A stretch of 22,836 nt of DNA from an uncultured virus (IMG/VR IMGVR_UViG_3300034272_002779) (lineage: Duplodnaviria; Heunggongvirae; Uroviricota; Caudoviricetes), in the IMG/VR virus record IMGVR_UViG_3300034272_002779; one strand, given 5' to 3'. Below the pieces are notes generated by a model, which made no database searches, was not told where the DNA came from, and saw only the letters and a program-made list of their open reading frames with translations. Position 1 is the first letter of the stretch. Every line of letters starts with the position of its first letter. The translations under genes were made by a program, and so were the position numbers. Positions 8,780-16,926 of the stretch are shown here, piece after piece.

Positions 8780-10081
8780 ATGAATAGAGTATTAAGCTTT
8801 TCAAATTATCAAAAACTTTACGAAGCGGAGGAAAACACCTCCTCTAAAGCTGCTGCACAAATCGTTGATTTATTCTTCCAAGCATATGGTACTATAGTAA
8901 CTAAAATTGGCGATTATAAGGAAGCAATCGATGACCTTTTAGCTGTAGCTGAAGAAAAGGATACAGTTAAAAAGGGACAGATAATGGCAAATATGATAGA
9001 TAAGGTTGTTAAAAAAGTTGATCCGACCTATAAAGAAGCGGGAGATGCTCTTTTACAAGTAGCCAAAAAAATCCAGGAGGTCTATACTAATTTGATTTCG
9101 ACTGAAGAAGGAAAGGCATCTTTAGAGGAAATCAATAAAGCTATTTATAGACAAATTCTAGCCAAGCAACAAGGATTAACTGCTGCTTCTAAAGAGATTA
9201 AAGCAGAAGAGACTAAAGATAAAGCTAATGAATCTATGGCGTATGGTTATCTTTATGAAAAGAATACCTTCGACGACGAAAGAAATTCGCTTATTACTAA
9301 GATTAAACCCCTTTATGCAGAAGTAGTACAACAAGCAAAAAATGCGACATCTGAGGGTATTAAATCTAAATCAGTTGAGATAGCTAAAAAATTAAAAGCA
9401 ATGTACTTAGTTATCTCTGACACTGATAAGTTTGAAGCCATGAAAAGAAAGGAAAGACTTACAACCCTTGAAAAATATAACACCGAGTATGAAACTCTTG
9501 TTTCTGAATTAAATGATGCAAGAAAGAAAGAGTTATTAAAAATAGGAGTGGATAAGAAAATTTCATCTGGTCTTGATGAAATCATTAAACTCATCAACAC
9601 AGCTACGGAAAAAATCACTGCTGTAGATAATAAGAAAGCGGAAGATCAAGCTAAAACAGGGGATGAGAAGAAAGAGGAGGAAAAGAAAGACGATAAAGAA
9701 GAAAAAGAGTACAGCGAAATAAAATCAGGAACTGTAGAAAAATCTAATCTTTCATCTAAAGGTAAATTTGTAGAACCGATTAAATCTTTCCAAGAGACCT
9801 TTAATACTTTATTTCCTAATGAGAAAATAAAGGCAGATGGTCTATATGGTAAAAACACAGAGAAGGCAGTTCTTAAAGTTGCTAATCTTGTAGGAGGATT
9901 AATAGGAGAGGATCTTGCTAAAGGAACCGAATCCGGTAAAAAACTAACTCCTGAATTACAATCTGCAGCTGCTAGCTATATCGAAAACAAGGATAAGATC
10001 AAAGAACTTATCGGAGTTTCAGCTGGAACTAAAAGCGAGGATACAGGTGAAGATAAAGGAGAAGGTGACGAAGAAAAGTAA
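8780..10081 (+). CDS. Hypothetical Lys/Glu-rich helical protein with a peptidoglycan-binding-like C-terminal domain; candidate internal virion protein
   Basis: 433-aa ORF. N-terminus MNRVLSFSNYQKLYE and an internal YLYE. C-terminal IKSFQETFN..KADGLYGKNTEKAV resembles the PG_binding_1 DGxxGxxT motif. Confidence 0.55.
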   Translation: MNRVLSFSNYQKLYEAEENTSSKAAAQIVDLFFQAYGTIVTKIGDYKEAIDDLLAVAEEKDTVKKGQIMANMIDKVVKKVDPTYKEAGDALLQVAKKIQEVYTNLISTEEGKASLEEINKAIYRQILAKQQGLTAASKEIKAEETKDKANESMAYGYLYEKNTFDDERNSLITKIKPLYAEVVQQAKNATSEGIKSKSVEIAKKLKAMYLVISDTDKFEAMKRKERLTTLEKYNTEYETLVSELNDARKKELLKIGVDKKISSGLDEIIKLINTATEKITAVDNKKAEDQAKTGDEKKEEEKKDDKEEKEYSEIKSGTVEKSNLSSKGKFVEPIKSFQETFNTLFPNEKIKADGLYGKNTEKAVLKVANLVGGLIGEDLAKGTESGKKLTPELQSAAASYIENKDKIKELIGVSAGTKSEDTGEDKGEGDEEK

Positions 10082-10087
10082 TTAGAA

Positions 10088-10774
10088 ATGATAGAAAATT
10101 ACCATAACTTCTATAAAAACTCCCTACTAGAAAAGGATGAGGATATAGAAACTAAAAAGAATATATCCTACGAAAAAGCAGACACCGGAAAAAGCTCTGC
10201 TGATTCGTATAGAATCCTTTTACAAGAGATATTTAGTGCTATAGATGCTATGACCACTTTTGTATCACCTGCAAATGCTAAAGTTCTACAAACCGTATCG
10301 AGCACGAAATCCTCTTTGGGATCAGCTTTAAAAAATAGTGTAGATTCACATAAATCTCTATTAGGTGGACTTATCACATTAGCAGATACTATTTCTAAAG
10401 AAATGCCGTTAAATACATCCACTGTAAATATTAGCAAGGCTTATGCAGATGAGAAAGCTATTATAGATAAAGATCTTAAGGATGGCAAGATAACGCAGGA
10501 AGAAAGTGACACTAAACTGAAAGAACTTCAGGATGCTGCAGATAAAGAATTGGAGAAATCCAAAGATGTATATTACCAGAAAGCTCCAGAAATTTTAAAA
10601 TATTATTCAGAAGCTATTAAATCTTTTTCCGAAGGGGCTAAAAAAGATTTAGATACTATAGAAAAAGAAGAAGCAAAAGAGGACATAGACTCAGAATTGA
10701 ACTTTACTGATTGGTTATCGGATATTACCAGTTATGCTGAGTCTGTACTTTATGGAACAAAAAAAGCCAAATAA
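10088..10774 (+). CDS. Hypothetical helical protein; candidate internal virion protein
   Basis: 228-aa ORF tightly packed between its neighbours. N-terminus MIENYHNFYKNSLLE. No catalytic motif recognised. Confidence 0.5.
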   Translation: MIENYHNFYKNSLLEKDEDIETKKNISYEKADTGKSSADSYRILLQEIFSAIDAMTTFVSPANAKVLQTVSSTKSSLGSALKNSVDSHKSLLGGLITLADTISKEMPLNTSTVNISKAYADEKAIIDKDLKDGKITQEESDTKLKELQDAADKELEKSKDVYYQKAPEILKYYSEAIKSFSEGAKKDLDTIEKEEAKEDIDSELNFTDWLSDITSYAESVLYGTKKAK

Positions 10775-11734
10775 ATGACCGATAGATTAGTAGAAGATTT
10801 TGGAGGATTTTTAGCTAGCGCTAGAGGGTTTCTTGGCGGGGTTAAACAAGGAGCATCCGATGCTCTAGGTAAAACAATTTTTGCTCCTAAAGAAAAACCA
10901 GTTGCTGATCTCCCATCGGACGTTTATTCAGCGGAAATATTAAAGAGTTCAATTATAGCGACAGCAAATAAAATTGGCAATATATTGATGGCTTTACCAC
11001 AACAGGATCAATCTGCGGCAAAGTCATCTATTAGTGAGGTAACGACTTTTCTAAAAGACTCTTACGGAAAAATAGAATCTATTATAGTCGATTCTAAAAA
11101 AGTAATAGTAGCTAGAAATCAGGGTAAACCTACCCCTGAAGGTGCAATGCTGGATAAAACTAGAACTGCAACTCTAAATGAGATCTCGTCCAGATTGGAA
11201 CAAATAAATAGACCCGATGGTGTTATTTATAAGTGGAAGAACGAATTTCTAGGAAAACATAACGAAAAACTGGTATCTGCTTCATATTTAGATAAGGGTC
11301 TAGCTTTGATAGCAAAAGCTGAATCTTTAAAATTAGAGATAGAGAATGTAAAAAAATACAAACAAAATATCAAGGATATAGAAGCTGAGGAGGTGATAAA
11401 AAGAAGTATAGAAGCTGGTAAAGAAGCTATCCAAGGGGAAGACGGTGATAATAGACCTTATAAACCAGCAGATGTAAAAGTTTTCTCTAAGGAAGATGAA
11501 GATACTGAAACGGTTCAAGCATACAGAGAAAGACTTAAAAACCTAGGTATAGAATCTTCTGGTAGTGGCAAATACTCTACCTCCGACGATGAAGCAACTA
11601 AAAAAGCAATGACCTATCTAGCCACGGTCACAGGTAAGGTCTACGGAACAGACGATGAGGCATTCAAAGATTTTCAAAGAGATCTGGGTATGTTCGACGC
11701 AAATAGAGATAAAATCAAGGAATTGATAAAATAA
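10775..11734 (+). CDS. Hypothetical protein with a C-terminus paralogous to that of 8780..10081
   Basis: 319-aa ORF starting immediately after the upstream stop. Ends NRDKIKELIK versus NKDKIKELIG in ORF 8780. N-terminus MTDRLVE. Confidence 0.5.
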   Translation: MTDRLVEDFGGFLASARGFLGGVKQGASDALGKTIFAPKEKPVADLPSDVYSAEILKSSIIATANKIGNILMALPQQDQSAAKSSISEVTTFLKDSYGKIESIIVDSKKVIVARNQGKPTPEGAMLDKTRTATLNEISSRLEQINRPDGVIYKWKNEFLGKHNEKLVSASYLDKGLALIAKAESLKLEIENVKKYKQNIKDIEAEEVIKRSIEAGKEAIQGEDGDNRPYKPADVKVFSKEDEDTETVQAYRERLKNLGIESSGSGKYSTSDDEATKKAMTYLATVTGKVYGTDDEAFKDFQRDLGMFDANRDKIKELIK

Positions 11735-11746
11735 TTTTTCCGAGAC

Positions 11747-11881
11747 GAAACAAAAATCCAAATTGGAGCTAAGATAATTATCTAATGGGACCCGGGGTTG
11801 ATATTATCTAAGAGTATCTAAAGAGCCCAACTTTAAAAACCTAATCTAAAGAGAAACATATCCCAGTCTTTGCTGTATGAT
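11747..11881 (+). promoter_or_regulatory. Two tandem putative promoters GAAAC-N18-TA(A/T)GAT upstream of uvsX
   Basis: GAAAC 11747-11751 with TAAGAT 11770-11775, and GAAAC 11853-11857 with TATGAT 11876-11881. Both spacers are exactly 18 nt, in the largest intergenic gap of the window. Confidence 0.45.
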
Positions 11882-11904
11882 TTAAAACAGTAAAGATAAT
11901 AATT

Positions 11905-13095
11905 ATGGCTAAAACAACATCTTCTGGAGGCTTTTCATTCGCATCGCTTGATAAGGAGCTTTCTAAAATATCAGGATTCGAAACGGGTTCATTATTGGAA
12001 AATAATTCCTTTAGTGAGGTTGATGAATGGATTCCTACTGGAAACTATCTATTAAATGCACAGATCTCGGGTTCACTTTTTGGAGGCGTACCTAATACAA
12101 GATCTTTCGGAGTTATGGGCGATCCTGGTACGGGTAAATCATTCTTCTGCTTAAATGTAGTAAGAGAAGCTCAAAAAATTGGATACAATGTTATTTATTG
12201 TGATACGGAGGGAGCTATTGATAAATCTAGTGCTATTAAATTTGGAATAGATTCAGCTAATATCAGATATCAGCCAATACAAACGGTTTCCCAATTCCAA
12301 ACATTCGTGTCTAACGTTTTGGATCTTGTAAAAAAAGCTAAAGCAAAGGGAGAGAATCCTAAGATCTTAATCGTATTAGATTCCTTAGGTATGTTAAGTA
12401 CCGATAAAGAACTAGCTGATGCAATGAAAGGACATAATGCTGCCGATATGGGTGCTAAAGCTAAGGAGCTTAGAAAATTATTCAGGGTAATAACTCTGGA
12501 TCTAACTGCTGCTAAGATTCCTTTGATCTGCACTAACCACGTTTATGCTGGGGGTGGATATGTTCCAACTAAAGAAAGCTCTGGTGGTGATGGACCTATT
12601 TTTGCAATGTCTGTTGTAGCTTTCCTATCTAAAGCACAATTAAAAGATGGATCTGGTACTAAAACTGGTATCATATGTACTTCCACTTTAAAAAAGAGTA
12701 GATTTACTATTCCTGAACAGATCAAATTCCATATTTCCTTCTCCCATGGTATGAATCCTTATGTTGGTTTACAAGATTATGTTTCTTGGGAAGCTTGCGG
12801 TATCGAAAGAGGAAAATTTGAGGAGGTTAAAAATGCTGAGACTGGCAAGAAAGAAATGATCTTCAAAGCTAATGCTTCTTCAACAAGATGGGGAGTTAGA
12901 CATCTTGGTAAAACTGTTGCTTCTACTGAATTGTTTACTGATAAGGTATTTACAAGAGAGGTGCTTGAGCAGCTCGATATTAATGTAATCAAGGATAAAT
13001 TTAAATTTCCAGATCTTACGGACCACTCTGAAATATTAGCTGATCTTGGTACGGATATGGATAATTCCGATATGAATGAAAACATCGAGGATTAA
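11905..13095 (+). CDS. uvsX: UvsX/RecA-like recombinase
   Basis: WIPTGNYLLNAQISG, Walker A GDPGTGKS, YCDTEGA, Walker B IVLDSLGML, TNHVY, SGGDG. T4-like context next to a gp41 helicase. Confidence 0.92.
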   Translation: MAKTTSSGGFSFASLDKELSKISGFETGSLLENNSFSEVDEWIPTGNYLLNAQISGSLFGGVPNTRSFGVMGDPGTGKSFFCLNVVREAQKIGYNVIYCDTEGAIDKSSAIKFGIDSANIRYQPIQTVSQFQTFVSNVLDLVKKAKAKGENPKILIVLDSLGMLSTDKELADAMKGHNAADMGAKAKELRKLFRVITLDLTAAKIPLICTNHVYAGGGYVPTKESSGGDGPIFAMSVVAFLSKAQLKDGSGTKTGIICTSTLKKSRFTIPEQIKFHISFSHGMNPYVGLQDYVSWEACGIERGKFEEVKNAETGKKEMIFKANASSTRWGVRHLGKTVASTELFTDKVFTREVLEQLDINVIKDKFKFPDLTDHSEILADLGTDMDNSDMNENIED

Positions 13096-13369
13096 ACTTA
13101 AATACCTGATGGGTTTATGGAAGACCCTACCAGAGTATCCAAATCCCGATGATGTCATTTACGAGATAAGCTTATATTTGATGAAAGATGGGAGACCAAA
13201 CGGTGAATTCAGCGAGCAAACGTTTAATTCTATTTTTGGTAAAAATTGGGCTCAGGAAAAAATAGGAGAGGTTATATCAAGAATGATAGAAACCGGATCT
13301 ATTAATGAGATCGATAAGAAATCAGGAAATAAAAAATGGTACACTATAAAGGATAATCCTTATTATTAA
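13076..13369 (+). CDS. Small hypothetical protein, possible winged-helix fold
   Basis: 97 aa, overlapping the uvsX end by 20 nt. The C-terminal helix VISRMIETGSI and hairpin KKWYTI resemble a wHTH. Confidence 0.5.
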   Translation: MKTSRIKLKYLMGLWKTLPEYPNPDDVIYEISLYLMKDGRPNGEFSEQTFNSIFGKNWAQEKIGEVISRMIETGSINEIDKKSGNKKWYTIKDNPYY

Positions 13370-13378
13370 AAATAATTT

Positions 13379-13999
13379 ATGATAGTAGGTCTTAGTGAAT
13401 ATCGGGGTAAATATGATTTTTCTAATATTAGAGGAATCGTACACGTGGGCGCTCACGAGGGACAAGAATATGACGATTATAATGAATATTTTTATAGAGA
13501 TGTACCTATTCATTGGTTCGAACCTCAGAGAGACATATACGAATCACTAAAGAGGAATCTATCCGGTAAGATAAATAATTATTTTTATAATTTTGCTTTA
13601 GGATCTAAGAATCAAGAATTGCCCATATGGAAAGAAAGTGGGAATAATGGTCAAAGTGCATCTTTTAGTAAACCGGAAAAGCATTTAGAAGTATATCCGC
13701 ATATATCTTTTGAAATTGCGGATAGTCTAGAAATTAGAACTTTGGATAGTTTAAATATAATGGGACCTAATGTTCTGGTTATAGATGTACAGGGATTTGA
13801 ATTAGAGGTTTTAAAAGGTGCTGATTTAACTTTAGATAGAATGGATCATGTTTTTTGCGAGATCAATTCGGATAAACTTTATGAGGATTCGCCAACGGTG
13901 GATGAAATAAATTCTCTATTATCTGCTAAAGGATTTACACTCCGGGAAGATTGGTGGACAAGCGGTAACTGGGGAGATGGTTATTGGAATAAAATTTGA
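13379..13999 (+). CDS. FkbM-family methyltransferase
   Basis: IVHVGAHEGQE, WFEP, NFALG, IRTLD, VIDVQGFELEVLKGA, FCEIN..LYE, WGD. Confidence 0.92.
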   Translation: MIVGLSEYRGKYDFSNIRGIVHVGAHEGQEYDDYNEYFYRDVPIHWFEPQRDIYESLKRNLSGKINNYFYNFALGSKNQELPIWKESGNNGQSASFSKPEKHLEVYPHISFEIADSLEIRTLDSLNIMGPNVLVIDVQGFELEVLKGADLTLDRMDHVFCEINSDKLYEDSPTVDEINSLLSAKGFTLREDWWTSGNWGDGYWNKI

Positions 14000-14024
14000 A
14001 AAATAAATTGTATAATTAAGGGAA

Positions 14025-15326
14025 ATGGATTTAACACACTCAGAGAACATTATTTTAAGGTACGTAATTGATTCTTCTACATATTTGGAAACTTGTAAGA
14101 AGGATTTTTTTAAGAATGAAGATTTAGGCGAAATATTCTTCGCAGTTAAAGAATTTTGGGATAAGTATCACGAAATGCCAACTAGCGATCAATTAATAGA
14201 GGCATTTAAAATAAAAGGGGAATCAGATAAGCTTCAGCCTTCTGAAATAAGATCGATATATGAAATAGATCTTAGTAAATATGAGGATGATTGGTTAAGA
14301 GAAACTACCGAGTTTTTCATCGAATATAAAAACCTAACAAAATCTGCAGTTGATGCTCTGAAGTACATACAGTCAACTCCGGTTTCTTCCGATAACATAA
14401 AGAATGTTATTGATACATTTAAAAATATAATAGTTGATAGAAATAACATCGACTTTAGTTTTGATGAGGGATTAGATTTCTTTAATCCGGGAAATCATAA
14501 ACAATTAAAACAAAATACTTTTTCTAGTGGATATCCCTTTATCGATACCGTTCTTGGTGGAGGATTTTCCGCAAAGGCCCTTTATGTTTTCATGGGTATG
14601 CCTAAAGTAGGTAAATCCCTATGGCTTGGTAATTTAGCTGCTTCTGCAGTAAAAAGCGGACATAATGTTGCTGTTATCTCTCTGGAGATGATAGATCGAA
14701 AATACGTTAAAAGAATGGGGGCTAACATCTTGGGAATCCCCGTTGGTGAATATAATGATACTGCCGATGATGAAACGGCAATAAAAAAGAAACTGAATTC
14801 GGTTACATATGATAACCTGAGAGTTCCTGGACAGCTTTATATCAAAGAGTTTCCAACATCTCAGGCTTCTGTTAACGACGTGGAAAGATACTTAAAGAAA
14901 ATTGAGGAAAACAAGGGAATTAAATTTAAGGTGATTGTGGTCGATTATATTAATATTATGAAGAACTGGAGAAATCCAAATTCAGAGAACACTTATATGA
15001 AAATTAAGCAAATCGCCGAGGATTTAAGAGGTATGGCTATGAATAACAATTGGTCGATCATAACAGCAACTCAAACTAAACAAGGCGACTTCGATGCCTC
15101 GGATTTAAGTATTAACTCAGCAGCAGAATCCTCTGGATTAGTTGCTACTGTTGATGGAATGTTCGGGATTATACAAGATCCTATCATGTACGCTAACAGG
15201 GAGTATAAATTAAAAATCCTGGCTAACCGGGATGATGGATATAAAAATGCTTATAAGGTGTTCTCAGTTGATTACCGTTATATGAGAATAACGGAAGACC
15301 CGAATGTGCAGATGCACACGGAGTAA
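14025..15326 (+). CDS. gp41: T4 gp41-like replicative DNA helicase (DnaB/SF4)
   Basis: SGYPFIDTVLGGG, Walker A GMPKVGKS, ISLEM, LYIKEFPT, IVVDYINIM, IAEDLRGMA, ITATQ, AESSGL, ANRD. Confidence 0.92.
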   Translation: MDLTHSENIILRYVIDSSTYLETCKKDFFKNEDLGEIFFAVKEFWDKYHEMPTSDQLIEAFKIKGESDKLQPSEIRSIYEIDLSKYEDDWLRETTEFFIEYKNLTKSAVDALKYIQSTPVSSDNIKNVIDTFKNIIVDRNNIDFSFDEGLDFFNPGNHKQLKQNTFSSGYPFIDTVLGGGFSAKALYVFMGMPKVGKSLWLGNLAASAVKSGHNVAVISLEMIDRKYVKRMGANILGIPVGEYNDTADDETAIKKKLNSVTYDNLRVPGQLYIKEFPTSQASVNDVERYLKKIEENKGIKFKVIVVDYINIMKNWRNPNSENTYMKIKQIAEDLRGMAMNNNWSIITATQTKQGDFDASDLSINSAAESSGLVATVDGMFGIIQDPIMYANREYKLKILANRDDGYKNAYKVFSVDYRYMRITEDPNVQMHTE

Positions 15327-15341
15327 AATAACAAATTGAGA

Positions 15342-15800
15342 ATGGACGATAATAAAATCGAGCCTAAAAAGCAGTTAGGTGACAAAATATTTGGAGCGCA
15401 TAATAATCCAACTAAGGATTCTGATTATGGAGACACCTTTGGTATAGACAAAGACAGTCTATTAATAGGTGAGTCATACGATGAGGAGGATTACCTACAT
15501 AAGAAAAGATTGGAAGAATTAGTTTATGAGGCTTTCCAAACATCCAGATGGTTTCCACTTAGCTATAAGAAGAAAATCCCTAAGGATCTGGTTCCCCATT
15601 TATTCCAGGAGGTCTTAGAAAAACTAGAGGAGACTGAATATTCTTTCTCCGAAAAATTTGTTTCAATATGCGATTATGTTCAGATTTCATATGTTAAAGC
15701 ATATGAGATAACTCCTATTAAATACAAGGAGATGATCATAAATGAATTAGAAACTAAATATCAAATACTATCTAAAAAGAAGATAACAAGATTATTTTAA
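15342..15800 (+). CDS. Hypothetical protein; C-terminal half resembles the T4 gp33-like late-promoter coactivator
   Basis: ATG 15342 preferred over TTG 15336. YSFSEKFVSICDYVQI..ITPIKYKEMI..KKITRLF matches the residue spacing I recall for gp33-family proteins. Confidence 0.45.
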   Translation: MDDNKIEPKKQLGDKIFGAHNNPTKDSDYGDTFGIDKDSLLIGESYDEEDYLHKKRLEELVYEAFQTSRWFPLSYKKKIPKDLVPHLFQEVLEKLEETEYSFSEKFVSICDYVQISYVKAYEITPIKYKEMIINELETKYQILSKKKITRLF

Positions 15801-15810
15801 ATTGATTATT

Positions 15811-16926
15811 ATGGATTTCCCTGATTTGGGTCAAAATACAGGAGCTAAGAGAGTTTGGTTTATTACTGATACTCATTTAGGGGTAAGAAATAATTCTAAC
15901 GAGTGGATAGAACAAATCAGAGAATACTTCTTCGAGTGGTTTTTCCCCTTAGTTAAGAAACACTACAGACCCGGTGATGTTCTTATCCACCTTGGTGATT
16001 TTTTTGATTCCAGACAAAGTATAAATCTTAAGGTACTTAATCTTGGTATTTCTGTTGCCGAGGAGTTTTCTAATATATTTGAAGATGGTGTTTATTTCAT
16101 AGTTGGAAACCATGATATATGGGGAAAGACCACAAATGAGGTAAATTCATTAAAATCAATAAAATGGATACCTGGTTTATCTATACTGGAAGATCCGGCT
16201 TCGATTACCTTAGGTGATAGAAAATTCTTTATGATGCCATGGAGGAAAGATCACGATGAAGAGGAGACCACATTAGAAAGAGCTTTACCTCATGATGTTC
16301 TATGTTGTCATACTGACATTAGAGGGTTAAAATTTAATAGATATGTAAATATCGAAACCGGAGCCAACCAGGATAAATTCAATAAATTTAATAGGGTGTA
16401 TTCTGGGCATATACATTACGCTCAGAAAGTTGGGAATATCAACATGCTAGGATCTCCTTATGAATTAACGAGATCCGATATGGATAACGATAAATCTATA
16501 ACTCTATTGAATCTTTCCGATATGAAAGAGGAGGTATTTATTAATGATTTTTCCCCTAGATTTAAGAAGCTTTATTTTAGTGATATAATTAACATGTGTC
16601 AAGAAGAGTTAGAACCTCTTTTTAGAAACAATTTCATCGATATTATGATCGATCCGGTCATGTCCCTAAAAGCTCCGCTTAATATACTAACCGATACTAT
16701 AACTACACAGAGAGCTTTAAAATTTCACCCCTATGATCCAAATCAGACCAGCTTGTCCCAACAAATGGTTGAATCTGAGGGTAAACAATTTAATGTTGTT
16801 GATTTCATAAAAGATTACGTCGATGTAATGGATTGTGACGACGAGACTAAATCTAAAATAATAAAAAGTCTAAGTAGTTTACATAAGATAGTAGTAACGC
16901 AGGATCAGGACAATAGAATAGCATGA
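15811..16926 (+). CDS. gp47: T4 gp47-like recombination nuclease (Mre11/SbcD metallophosphoesterase)
   Basis: TDTHLG, LGDFFD, VGNHD, CHTD, SGHIH. ATG 15811 preferred over TTG 15802. ATGA overlap with gp46. Confidence 0.92.
   Translation: MDFPDLGQNTGAKRVWFITDTHLGVRNNSNEWIEQIREYFFEWFFPLVKKHYRPGDVLIHLGDFFDSRQSINLKVLNLGISVAEEFSNIFEDGVYFIVGNHDIWGKTTNEVNSLKSIKWIPGLSILEDPASITLGDRKFFMMPWRKDHDEEETTLERALPHDVLCCHTDIRGLKFNRYVNIETGANQDKFNKFNRVYSGHIHYAQKVGNINMLGSPYELTRSDMDNDKSITLLNLSDMKEEVFINDFSPRFKKLYFSDIINMCQEELEPLFRNNFIDIMIDPVMSLKAPLNILTDTITTQRALKFHPYDPNQTSLSQQMVESEGKQFNVVDFIKDYVDVMDCDDETKSKIIKSLSSLHKIVVTQDQDNRIA

Noticed and set aside
11873..11890. LexA/SOS box-like CTGTATGATTTAAAACAG before the RecA-like gene
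   Set aside because: Spacing is CTG-N12-CAG, two bases longer than the canonical CTG-N10-CAG. Kept only as part of a generic inverted repeat.
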